NCBI GenBank assembly: GCA_024137785.1
Contig: JAHRHZ010000025.1
Location: 32,220,024 to 32,284,023, forward strand
Origin: Ginglymostoma cirratum
Taxonomy: Eukaryota
DNA: 64,000 nucleotides
Direction of reading: 5' to 3'
The position numbers were made by a program, and so were the translations under genes. Shown here piece by piece: positions 13,501-25,208 of this stretch (its first letter is position 1; each line of letters starts with the position of its first letter). The notes under the pieces are model-generated. The model was not told the origin of the DNA. It searched no databases and was given only the letters and a program-made list of their open reading frames with translations.

Positions 13501-14476
13501 CAGACCCATGCACTGTCCAGCTAACAGGCTATCTTTCAGCATTGACCCTCTGTGTGTGTTGCAGCTCCTTGGCACAGCCACTTTGGACAACTCAGTGACA
13601 ATCCCAGCTTTGCACATTAGGGGAGCAAAACAAAACGAATGTTAAATGAGGAGGGAGAAACATAACACTAGGACCCATTGCCAGGTCTATGCGTTGTACC
13701 CCCTGCTTCCAGATAGGACAGTCACTCTCAGTGGAAACCTCCTTTCACGGACTCTTGTCTGTGGGCACAAAGATCTGCTGATGGTGTAAGGATGTGTTTA
13801 GCACTTATACAGAAAGACGCATAAAGACATGACTGCTAATATCAAGAACATTTAAGCATCAACCGAGAGTGATGTACAAGCCATTCTCACCTGTACCCAC
13901 TGAAGTGCCCTCAATAACATTTTTTTCTTTCCCTTGTTGTAAAGTGAAAGATTGTAAATGTGCCCTGACTAACTTTGCATGTTACATTGTGAAATAGACA
14001 AAGAGGACAAGAGACGGGGAAGTTCCAACACAACTTTATTGAGCACTTTATCAAGGAAAATCAATATTTAGCAGACTGTAGTATTGTACTTTAATTAAAC
14101 TTTGTCAAATTCCATCAATCTCTTCACGGGAATCTTCAGTAAACAGTCTTAAATCTCTAAGTGAACAATTTCTTATCTTCACCAGCTACCTACTTCTGAC
14201 ATGCGCTTCTGAGGGTTTGCATCACCCTATCCACAGGTCCCTGCTGCTGTATTTGAACTGTTTGTTTGAAAGGTAATATCTGTTCGATTAGGCTGGGACA
14301 GGCTGGTCCTTAGCCTTTGAGGTATGGCTCATGTTTCAGAATCAACAGTCATTGATTTGGGTTTCCCTCTCATCTAGGACTGGTTCGAGTCCTGTCTGGT
14401 TTCAATGGGAAGATGATTGTCCAGGGCCTGGTTGCATGAATACTGTCTGTTCCATCTCCATAGTTTGCAAATAGGC

Positions 14477-14812
14477 GAGGCAATGGTATTATCACTGGAT
14501 TGTTAATCCAGAGACCCAGATAATGTTCTGGGGACCTAAATTCGAATCCTGCACAGCAGATGTTGGAATATGAATTCAATAAAAAAAAGTCTGGAATTAA
14601 GAATTCAATGATGACCATGAACCCATTGTCGCAAAAACCCATTTGGTTCGCAAATGCCCTTTAGGGAAAGAAACTGCCATCCTTACTTGGTCTGACTTAC
14701 ATGTGACTCCAGACCCACAGCAATGTAGTTGACTCTTAACTGCCCTCTAGGCAATTAGGGATGGACTATAAATGCTGTTGGCGACACCCTCATCCCGTGA
14801 GTGAATAAGAGA
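14477..14812 (+). mobile_element. SacSINE1-like (Deu-domain) SINE, near full length
   Basis: tRNA-like head (TTCGAATCC), core CCCTTTAGGGAAAGAAACTGCCATCCTTAC, TACATGTGACTCCAGACCCACAGCAATG and tail GGCAATTAGGGATGG..ATAAATGCTG. Confidence 0.8.
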
Positions 14813-14829
14813 AATTGCAAGAGATCAAT

Positions 14830-15200
14830 ATTTCTGTAAGATCATGGGTCACTTGACCACAGTCTCCATCCCACTATGTCCTTGGCCCATTCCTTGGTTC
14901 AACAGCTAGGGTGGAGGAAGCATACTCATCTGTTGAGCCTGAAGGTCTTGTCAGTTGATCCTGGGCACCAAAGTCTGGCCATTCTTCTTCAACTTGGAGA
15001 TGGCATTGACCCACTTAATGACATGGGACCACACTTCCACAATCTGGTTGTGCGGTCTTCTCTGTCAGTCACCCAGAAAGAGGATTTCTCTCCTCTGGAC
15101 TACCCTGCCCAGCAGGACTCACAAGACCTTGCCTTTATCCTGTCTCCAGGTCTCTGTTTTTCTTGCTCTGCCATGTTCTGATGCTGTACTTCAAAAAGCT
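14830..15200 (-). pseudogene. Harbinger-type Myb/SANT-like ORF relic
   Basis: Minus strand reads LLGRVVQRREILFLGD*QRRPHNQIVEVWSHVIKWVNAISKLKKNGQ, resembling the N-terminal Myb-like domain also seen at 42931-43135. Confidence 0.5.
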
Positions 15201-15479
15201 GAGCAGCATTGGAATGGCAATGCCCTTATTGATCAGAACAGCCTTTTAAAGATCATAAAGGTACAAGTGATGCCAGTCTTTTGGGAGATATCTGCTGAGT
15301 GGTGAGTTGTTCCAGGAATGGCAAGATATAAAGTGGGGCAGAGATTGGACACAATGGATGTCATAGGGATGTGATCAGTAATAAATGACAAAAATTTGTC
15401 GAAATCCCCGATCCCATGACAGGGCAATCCTGCTCTTTAGAGTCGTACCTGAGGCATTTTTAAAGTCAGCAGACTGTGA

Positions 15480-17060
15480 TTTGTGGAATGGTCTCAGAAT
15501 CAGTGCTAGGCCCTAAGCTGTTTACATTCTATGTTAACGATTAGACATTGAGACATACTGATGCAGCTATATTTGCTGACAATACAAAGCTACATGGGAA
15601 TTCAAGCTGTGAGGAGGAAACAAAAAGGCTGCAAAAAGACATAAACAGATAAAGTCTGTGGGGAACTAGGTGGCAAATGAATTCCTTATCATGTGAACCT
15701 GTTCACTTTGTTGTAAGATCACAAAAGTAATTTTATTTGAAAAGGCACTGAATTTGTCCAAGTGAATTTTAAGAGAAATGAAGGGGTACTTGTTCTGCTC
15801 TTTCTCTATTTTTTTTTGTTTTATTTTGTTTTCTGTGGTGGGTTGGTTGGCGGCATCAAAAGAGCGTGCTGCGTGTGGAGTAGCAGACATGGCTTTACCT
15901 GGTGATTGAAGGCAATGGCAGCGGCAGCGACACTCCTCCAGTGACCAGGGACGATGGAACTGGCGGCACCGGACTTTTCAAGATGACGATATTGGCAAGA
16001 CGATATCTGTAGCTGAAGCAGGATGCTTGGCCTGGCCTAGCAGCGGAGCCAGGGACTCCTAGTTGCAGTAGGCCCAGAGTAGGGACTCCTGGCACTGATG
16101 CGGCAGCAGCAGCAGCATGTTTTGCCTGGAGTGGGGACTCCTGGTGTGATTGAGACAGCAGCAGAGCTGGGGGCTCCTGGTTGTAGGGCGAGTGTGTGTT
16201 CAATGGCGTGAGCAAGATGAGCTCAGCAATGAAGAGATGGTGCCTCAAGATGGTGACTCCTACATTGGTGAGTTCGGCACAGGCAGCGGTAAGGCAGTGG
16301 AGGCCACTTTTCCAGTCACTGAAGGTTAGGTGCCAGCATGGACTGAGTTGGACAAACTGTTATTCTGAACTTCTTATTTATTTCTTTTTCTAATTTTCTT
16401 TTCCTAAGAAATTGTTCTTAAGAATCTGTACTTAGATAGCTTTGTATCTAAGGTGGCACCATAATATGTAAAGTTTCCACTGTACTCATTTGAATACATG
16501 TGACAAAAAAGCTAATTCAATTCATTCATCCAATTCTGAGAGCACAAAGCAAATGGTACATCAGTTTTTATTGAAAGAGAATTTGGGCTGCAAGCATAGC
16601 AAACTCTTGGAGACTTGTTGAGTATACACCTGGAATTTTGTGTTCCATTTTGGCCTCCACATTTAAGGAAGGATGTATTTTCACTGAAGGTATTACTGCA
16701 AAGTTTCACTAGATTCGTCCTGTGGATGAATGGGTTGTCCTATAATCAACGGCTGAGTAAATTAGGCCTATGACCTCTGCAGTCCAGAAATATAAAAAGT
16801 AACCTCATGGAAACATTTAAAATTCTGAAGCGTTTTAAAGGGATACAAAGAGGTTGAGAATGAACAATAAGGAGGCATAATTTCAGAATAGAGGTCGATG
16901 ATTTATGATTAAGATGAAGAGAAATTTCTTTAATCAAAGCATTATGAATCTTTGCATATATCTACCCAGAGGGTTGTGGATATTTCAATAAATTTATGGA
17001 TGGGTAGACAAGATTTTTGGCCTATCGTAGAATCAAGGGATACGCAGAGTGGGCAACTTA
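15480..17060 (+). mobile_element. Degraded CR1 RT/3' fragment interrupted by an insertion at ~15795-16528
   Basis: TCAGTGCTAGGCCCTAAGCTGTTTAC (SVLGP.LF) and TTTGCTGACAATACAAAG (FADNTK); resumes with CACCTGGAATTTTGTGTTCCATTTTGG (HLEFCVPFW). Confidence 0.75.
15795..16528 (+). mobile_element. Unclassified retroposon-like insertion with internal GGGACTCCT repeats and (AATTC)n-like tail
   Basis: Splits a CR1 fragment. T-rich start, GC-rich body with four GGG(A/G)CTCCT units, and 3' end AAGGTGGCACC...TTTCCACTGTAC...TACATGTGACAA...CTAATTCAATTCATTC. Confidence 0.6.
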
Positions 17061-17412
17061 TTGTTTTGTAGCCCATGATCGTGGCTCGACAGTTCTTGAG
17101 AACTTTTCCTGCAATTTTTATATTAATTGTTCTTTGACTGAAAGTCAACCATTAATCTATTATATTGTATTATCCATAATCTGGTGAACTCTAGTGTATC
17201 ATAACTTATGTATGCTGCACATCATCTTTAAATATTTTTAAGTAAGTATTTTACATATATGCATTAAATATGATATGTTTGGTTATACAAAGTATGACGA
17301 AAGTTCATGATACTATTGTTGACAGCTTAGGTTCTAAAGTAGAGGAACGATGTATGGATTTCAGTCTGACTTGAATTTGTGCATTGTCTATGTTAAGAAA
17401 TGGGAAGGCATT

Positions 17413-18034
17413 GGGCTAAATTTTATGGGTTTTTTTGGCTAAATCTGAGTTTTTGGATGGATTTCTATCATAAGGGCTAGTGATCTTCTCACCATACCTT
17501 ACCAAACTTACCTTCTTCACTAGTGTGGAGCTGGAGGAACACAGCAGGCCAGGCAGCATCAGAGGAGCAGGAAAGCTGACGTTTCGGGTCGGGACCCTCG
17601 GAAGAAGGGTCCAGACCCAAAACGTCAGCTTTCCTGCTCCTCTGATGCTGCCTGGCCTGCTGTGTTCCTCCAGATCCACACTGTGTTATCTCAGACTCCA
17701 ACGTCAGCAGTTCTTACTATTTCTTACCTCTTTCACTACCTACCCCACCCCATGACATCCGTCATGTCTGATTCCAGCACCGTCTTATCACACACTGCAC
17801 CCAGAGAAACTTAGCACTTAGCAGATATCCTGTTGTGCACTCGGACAAGCACTGTCAGTCTGTAGCTGTCTTGCAAGGTTCCTAACATTTGCCTGGACAT
17901 GGAAGATAGGTGGAAATCTGTTTAACAGTTCAATACTCTAAGAGGGATCAACTTTGAATCTGTGCCCTCCGATTCTGCACTCAGAGTCTAAGGTAAATAA
18001 TGTGCCTCCAACAATGCCATTTAAATTCCAGCTC
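17413..18034. mobile_element. Putative Harbinger-type MITE hosting a Penelope-like palindrome
   Basis: Imperfect inverted termini GGGCTAAATTTT and AAATTCCAGCTC. Confidence 0.35.
17522..17725. mobile_element. Penelope-like pLTR inverted pair (77-bp arms, 7-bp spacer)
   Basis: Arms 17522-17598 and 17606-17682 are near-perfect reverse complements. The centre is a degenerate hammerhead motif (CGGAAGA-A-GGGTCCAGACCC-AAAACGTC). Confidence 0.8.
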
Positions 18035-19739
18035 TTGATATTTGGAAGGCCTTAATCTCTCATCATCATACAATGTTCATTTTCTCCAGTAAAAAGAATT
18101 TATATCCTCCTCTCTTCTCCATAGATATAAGCCCCGCTATTATTCTCTGACCCTGCCCCTGTGCATCAATGAAGTTATGAAGATATACTATGCCCCCAGA
18201 TATAGATGGTAGCTTTGTACCAGCCAAATACCTTATCACGAATCCAAGAAAACTGTCAATTAGCCAAATTAGCCAATTGGCGATGTTTGGCACAATTTGC
18301 TTTCCTCGTACATGCATCATGACAGGAGTTATATTTTTAAATCAAGACAGACAATGATTTACTTCAGCCTATGTATTAATATTTTATTTTCCAGTATAAT
18401 AATCTACTGTTAAAAAGAATCCCCAGCTTTTTAATACTTAAAAGCTAAGAGTCAAGAGCAGTGTTGAACCTAAAAGCCATGTAAGTAGGAGGTCTAATTG
18501 AAGTGTTCAGAAATAGAATGGACTTGATAGTTTCTCCCAATGTTTCCACTGACATAAGTACACAGCTTCAAAGACAAATAGTAAAAGACTGCGTTTCCCC
18601 TTTTGTTTTTAAATATACCTGTGGTTGTAATCTGAAATGGATGCTCAGAAAGGGTAGTGGAAGCAGATTCTAAATAACTTTTGAGGGTCTACTTGAAAAG
18701 GAAGAATGGTATGTTCAAGAAGAAAATACTGACTATTTGTGCTCATGAAATAGCTCTTTCGGAAAACTGCCACAGGCAGAATAAACTGAATAGCTCTATA
18801 ATATAACAGAGTAGAATTGGACATATGATAGATAGGTCAAGGTGGAACCAAACACTTGGACGTGACAGTGAACGTAGATGATATGTTAAAGCATTCCAGA
18901 GAAAAAGAATTGAGTTTCATAAAGCCACAAGTGTTCACTCAATGGGAACTTCCAGCTCCTGAAAATGGTTCTGGTTTGTCCTTCTCTGTGTGCCGTGCCG
19001 GTGTGTCATAATTGTTTCTCCCAATCTGTTCCATCAAAAACCAAAGGATCGAGCTTCATTTGTGAAGTGTACTCGATGGTCTGCAAATGAGCACAGTTAG
19101 TTGGTGTTTATTTCAGCCTGGGGCCTAATCAATTTTGTGAAACAGCACTGGCTATCTTCAGTGCTTCCGAATGTATCAAAATTTGACCTCGACTCATAAG
19201 CAGTTTGTAAATCAGTTTTTTAATGTATTGTATCCATAAAAGTTAATAATTTGTCCAAACCTTCCTCTATGTTTAAACCTTTAATTCTGAAAAAACTCCT
19301 TTACTTATTACCCTACTTTTGCACATCTCCAGAGCAGAAGCAATGCAGGCCCACTTGATTACTTCATTCTTCCATTGAACATAAGGTTCACATTCAGGGA
19401 ACAAGGGAGGCTAATCATATCCTGATTCTTTATATTTTGATTCAGTTGAAGTTTTCTCCAACTCATGCTTTGTTAGAATAGTTCTTCATTTTCATTCTTT
19501 GACTTATAAACAACTGAATGCTAGGACTGAGCGCTTGCAGTTGTTGGGCAAGCAAGTCTAATTTCCTTTATTGTAAAAAAAGTTTCTTTTGCTTGTTTTT
19601 AGTTGACTTTAAATTCAAATATACAGTTTAAATTCTGTAGCTGCCAGTCGAGTTCTAAGGTTCTAACAAAGCCTCGAGTGGAAAACTAACAAAGCCTCCA
19701 GTGGAAGGCCAGTTAGGTTTTATTAAGAAAAACAGAATT

Positions 19740-20236
19740 TTTTTTCGCTAAATTGTGGGATGTGGACATCACTGGTTGACCATCCCTAATTGCCCTTGAG
19801 GAAGAGGTGGTGGTGGTGAGTTGCCTTCTTGAACCTCTGCAGTACCCTCAGTAGGCTGACGCACTATGCCATTAGAGAGGGAATGCCAGGATTTTCATCC
19901 AGCAACAGTGAAGGAACAGCAATATATTTCCATGTCATGGTGAGTGACTTGGAGGGGAGCTTGAAGATGATGATGTTCCCTTATATCTGCTGCCCTTATC
20001 CTTCTAGCTGAAAGTGGTTGTGGGTTTGCAACATGTCTAAGGATCTTTCGTGAATTTCTGCAGTGCATCTTGTAGATAGTACACACTGCTGCTACTGAGC
20101 CTCAGTAGTGGAGGGAGTGGATGCTTGTGGATGTAGTGTTAATCAAGCGGGCTGCTCTGTCCAGGATGGTGTCAAGCTTCTTGGGTGTTGTTGGAGCTGC
20201 ACTTATATCAGCAAGTAGGGAGTATTCCATCACATT
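19740..20236 (-). mobile_element. LINE 3' fragment (CR1/L2 group, SacSINE1-like tail)
   Basis: Highly similar to 59963-60430. The minus frame encodes CTIYKMHCRNS..ILR.H..NPQPL..RR.RAAD. Confidence 0.8.
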
Positions 20237-21229
20237 GGATCCTCATTAAGTTAGTCAGGAGCATGGAAACTGGCTAGGAAACTCAGATGGATCTAGGACT
20301 GAATGCTTGCAGTATTTGAGCAAGAAAGTCTCATTATTTGTGTTATACAAGTTGACTTTGTTTGCAGGTTGTAGTTGACATTAAACTGAAATTGGCAGTT
20401 TAAATTCTGTCAGTCTCCAATGGGACAGGTGTTGGACTAAATGAAGACGTAGCTGAAACTGAATCCCTATAAAGTGAATCTGATAGGCATTTTAACTTAG
20501 GAGCATATAAAACTGGCAAACATTGTGTAAATGGGCACTTGAGCACACTTAGAATAGAGTGCCAACATTCTGTAGTTAAGGAAATTAAGAGGAGGAAGGG
20601 AAAAATAAGTTCTGCTTTTGTTAAACATTTTCAGCCTCAAGAATTGATATCTAATCTGCTACAACAAAAACCAATTATTTGGTAAGTATCTGGCAAGTGT
20701 CTCAAAGTTATTCCAAAGTGCAACAATAAAAGTAGAACTGGTGGTAAGGTTAGTACAATACATAAAAACCTTTATAAATATATATTTTAGGTAAATAGCA
20801 ATAGAAATCCTTTATATATCAAAATCAATAATGGTTTAATTAATTCATTGGTGACTAAACAAACTTTTTTTAAAATCATGACTAAATGAGAAAGGAATCT
20901 TAAATTCTCAAAAGTAGTCACCTATTCTAAAAAAAACAAATAAATTACTATTTAATAAACACAAAGACAAATAAGCCTTTCATAACGTGTGAACACAGCC
21001 CCCTCAGGAGCTAAGAGGGTCTGTAGCTTTTGAAACTGAACTAAGAATTCATGATGAGCACATTGTCAAAACACACCATTATGCCTCAAAGACAATGAAA
21101 ACTAATAATACTGCAAGCACCAAGTTTTTTTTTTCTAATATGCGCTGTATATCCTGTCACTTAAATCAGTCCAGGAGTAAGTACCTGTTTCTAATTTTTG
21201 CAAGAGATGCCTTCATACCAACATAGGAG

Positions 21230-21455
21230 TAAATCACTGCAGATGCTGGAATCTGTACTGGGAAAGCAAAAAAAATGTTGGGAATCACAGCTAGTCAGGC
21301 AGCATCCATGTAGCGAGAGTTAACTGACGTTTCAAGTCGAGATGACTTTTCATCAGGGCTCTGATGAAGAGTCATCTAAACGTTAAAAGTTAGCTTGCTC
21401 TCTGTCCATGGATTTTGCCTGACCTGCTGTGATTTCCAGCATATTTTTGTTTTCC
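21230..21455. mobile_element. Penelope-like pLTR inverted pair
   Basis: CTGCAGATGCTGGAATCTG start; inverted arms meet at TCATCAG-GGCT-CTGATGA (21350-21367). Confidence 0.75.
21326..21356 (-). ncRNA. Minimal hammerhead ribozyme motif (core intact)
   Basis: Minus strand CTGATGA-A-AAGTC-ATCTC-GACTT-GAAA-CGTC: conserved core, 5-bp stem II and GUC cleavage triplet. Confidence 0.6.
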
Positions 21456-22639
21456 TGCATACCAACCTTATTTTTCTTTTGCTCAAACATAAAAGGCTGA
21501 GGACTTTCAAATCATTTCTCTCATGATGTGAAATTCCTATATACTATTGCAACTCAGCACCTATACCAAATTACACCTTCTAATCAATGTAATGATCAAA
21601 TTCCTTTTTAGCGCAAAGCCCTGTAAACAAATGCCTTAAAAACACATTTATTTTAAATAGTAACATCAAATAATGATATTTGAAGCTGTCAAATCATTTA
21701 AAATATACTCTTCAAAATTATCCTGAATCCTCAAAGGGCTTTCCTAAAGGTTCATGACCTGTTGCACAAAGGGCTTTTTCAGAAATGTTGCAAAACCTGG
21801 CCAACACTAAGAGACGGGAAAAACAAACTTTACAGGCTGTTAATGGTGAACCCAATGTCAGTCGACATGCATGCCAGATCATGACTCAAGTCATTCTTGA
21901 CCCATGAAAAGGCATACAAAAATAGTGTAGGGTCAGGAAAGCACGAGAGTCAATATTCTGGCAAAAGAAAAGAAAGTATTTGCCATTCCGATGCCATTCT
22001 CGCCTCAAGGAAGGGTTGATCAATACCCTATGTTTCAGCAGGCGACAACACACTAATGATATTAAAAAAGGATGTTGAACATTGCACATTTTGCATGGTG
22101 TTTGATACTCCAAAGATTATGAATTACTTTAATATTCAGGTGTACACATTTTCTACTTGCAATGATATTTTATTGTAGCATGATTTGAATGAATTTATGG
22201 ATTCAATTGTTACACAAGTGCTCACAACGCAATGATTATAATTAACTGTCACATTTAAACCTAGTTCAATAACAAATTAATTCTGTAATTGTATAGTGTT
22301 GTGTTTGTTTTGCCTAAAAATAACAGCCATATTTTAGGCTAGTTCACAACTTGTCCTTGGAAAGGCTTATTGCGTGATTATATTAAAACATTATGTTTGA
22401 TTCCAAATTCCAACAGCAAATTGACTAGTGAGCTGATTCTTATTGCTTCAGTTCAAGCTAGTAAATAAAGTGTTCCAACCATGGCTGGAAAATAAGAAAA
22501 AATGCAAGGATTACTTTAGATAAAAAGAAAAAGACCGATAAAGTTGCCCTCATCCACCACTCCCCCAAAGAAAAGCCTCATCATTGGGAGAATTTTAAGA
22601 TTCCATTAAGGAGGACACAACTTACATGATTAAGGAAGA

Positions 22640-23125
22640 GAAAATGCAATAAGAATAAAGCAGTTAGAAACATAAAGATGGACTGTAAAAACTTCTTGGG
22701 GATCTAGAAAGGAAACAGGAAACAGAAATTAAAGTATGGGTCCATTACCAATGAAGTCCAGTGAATTTATAATAGGGAATAAGGAAATGGCAGAGAAACC
22801 AAACAAATTCTGGCAGGGGTGGGGGGGTTCCAGAATCAGGTGACAGTTTCAGAAAAAGGGGCACACCATTTGGGACTGAAGTGAGAAGCAATCTTCCCAC
22901 CAGAAAGAGGCAAATCATTAGAATTGTCTGCCCTAGTGGCCTATGGGGACTCAGTCCTTGAGTAAGCTGAAGGTTGATATTGATAGATTTCTACATGTTA
23001 AAAACATCAAGGGACACAAGAATAGCAGAGGAAATTATCTTGAAGCAGAGGTTCAGCTATGATCTAGTTGAATGGCAGAGGTGGCTCAAAGGGCTGAATG
23101 ATCTACTTGTGCTCTCTTTTTTATT
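22640..23125 (+). mobile_element. Degraded CR1 fragments
   Basis: GGGAATAAGGAAATGGCAGAG, CCATTTGGGACTGAAGTGAGAAG and GGCTCAAAGGGCTGAATG blocks. Confidence 0.6.
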
Positions 23126-23175
23126 AGTAAGGAATGAAAGTGATATGTGCAAGTTAACAATCTAGAAACTAGTTT

Positions 23176-25208
23176 GGGTTGGATTTTACAGCCCTCTTCC
23201 AGGTGGGGTTTGGGGGAGGTGGGGGTGAATGGGTGGCATATGAAATATAATGGATAGGTAGCCTTGCTGGCCACTCTATGAACCATTTCCTACCCAGTGC
23301 CTTAAATACAGTAGATGGGTGAGCACCAAGCTTAGCACCACACACACTTTTCAAAAATGAACAATTGAGCTCATTTGTAAGCCAAATGATCAAAAATAAT
23401 ACGTGGCCCATGCCATAAGATAGCTTCATACAGTCATACAGCACGGAAACAGATCCTTCTTTATACAGTAGGCTTGAGCATTTGGATGAGATTCAAAAGG
23501 TCATATCTTAAATAGCTTTGTGAGAAAGATGCGAAGGACGGAGGGAAGATCCCGCCCAAAAGGGAAATCATGCTTGACAAATCTTCTGGAATCTTTTAAG
23601 GATGTGACCAGTAGAGTGGATGAGGGTGAATCAGTAAATGTCATGTATCTAGACTTTCAAAAGGCTTTTGACAAAGTTCCACACTAGAGATCATTAAGCA
23701 AACTTATAGCTCATGGTATTGGAGATAATGTATTGACGCGGTTAGAGAACTGGTTGGCAGAGAGGAAGCAGAGGGTTGGGATAAATGGGTCCATTTCAGA
23801 GTGGCAGGGAGTGATGAGTGATGTACCGCAGGGTTCAGTGCTCGGACCTCAGTTGTTAACAATATACATTAACAATTTGGATGAAGGAATTGAATACAAT
23901 ATCCCCAAATTTGCTGACAATATCAAGCTGGTTGGCAGTGTGTGCTGTGAGAGAGATGTTAAAAGGCTGCAGAGTGAATTGGACAGGCTGGCTGATTGGG
24001 AAAATACTTGGCAAATTCAATATAATGTGGATAAATGCAAGGTTATCCACTTGGTGGCAAAGACAGGAAGGCAGATTATTATCTGAATGGTGGCAGTTTA
24101 GGTAAAGGTGAAAATGCAAACGAGACCTGGAGTCATGATGAAACAGTTGCTGAAGGTTGGCATGCAGGTGCAGCAGGCAGTGAGGAAAGCTAATGGCATG
24201 CTGGCCTTCATAGTGAGAGGATTTGTGTATCAGAGCAGTGGTGTCTTGCTGCAGTTATACAGGTGAGACCACACCTTGAGTATTGTGTGCAGTTTTGGTC
24301 TCCTAATCTGAGGAAGGACATGCTTATTACTAAGGGAGTCCAGCGAAGGTTCACCATACTGATTCCCAGGATGGCAGCACTGACATATAAGGAAAGATTG
24401 GATCGACTAGGCTTGTACTCACTGGAATTTAGGGGGATCTTATAGAAACACATAAAATCTTAATGGGACTGGAGAGGCTAGATGCTGAAAGAATGTTTCT
24501 GATGTTGGCGAAGACCAGAACTAGGGCTCACAGTCTAAGAGTAAAGGGTAAGCCATTCAGGACTGAGATGAGGAAGAATTTCTTCAGTCAGAGAGTTGTG
24601 AACCTGTGGAACTGTCTACTACAGAAAGCTGTTGGGGCCAGCTCATTGGATATATTCAAGAGAGAGCTGGACTTGGCCCTTACGGCCAAAGGGATATTGG
24701 GATATGGAAAGAAAGTGGGAGTGGGATACTGAAATTGCATGGTCTACTATGATCATATTGAATAGTGGTGCACGCTTGAAGGGCTGAATAGCCTACTCCT
24801 ACACCTATTTACTGTGTTTCTATGTTTCAAGATTTAAACCCCATTGTTCTTTGCTTGTTCTTCAAAATCTGTCCAGCTTTCAAAACTAACCCCTCAGCAC
24901 GCACAACCTGAGCTATAAATCTACTCCAAAACCTTAGAAAACTAACCCCTGCTATACCCCAATTCTCTGCCCCTCCTACCTAGGCTGCCCTCTCCTTTCT
25001 CACACTAGAAACTCTGGTCTTACTCTGGGATCCATTGTAATGCCTGTTGCTGAGGGGTAGAAGTCCAACTCTCATCTACTTAAGATCACTCGCAATGTAT
25101 CATTGCTGAAGGGTAATCTTGTTGAATATTAGTTGGTGCACCACAAACTTCCCTTTCTGACAATAAGGTGGTGCAGGTGAGGATGCTCCTCCCAGCAAAA
25201 TTCAGCCC
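23176..25208. mobile_element. Putative Harbinger-type element split by a CR1 insertion
   Basis: Inverted termini GGGTTGGATTTT (23176) and AAAATTCAGCCC (25197-25208), flanked by TTT on both sides. Confidence 0.4.
23565..24830 (+). mobile_element. CR1 LINE, 5'-truncated (RT C-terminal half and 3' UTR), frameshifted
   Basis: [44 protein letters not shown] and FFSQRVVNLWN; tail TTTCTATGTTTC. Confidence 0.95.

Noticed and set aside
16040-16185. CRISPR-like spaced GGGACTCCT repeats
   Set aside because: Repeats are only ~9 bp, irregularly spaced, in vertebrate DNA with no cas genes.
17522-17682. Possible miRNA precursor or terminator hairpin
   Set aside because: Fully explained by inverted transposon ends; no recognisable mature miRNA.
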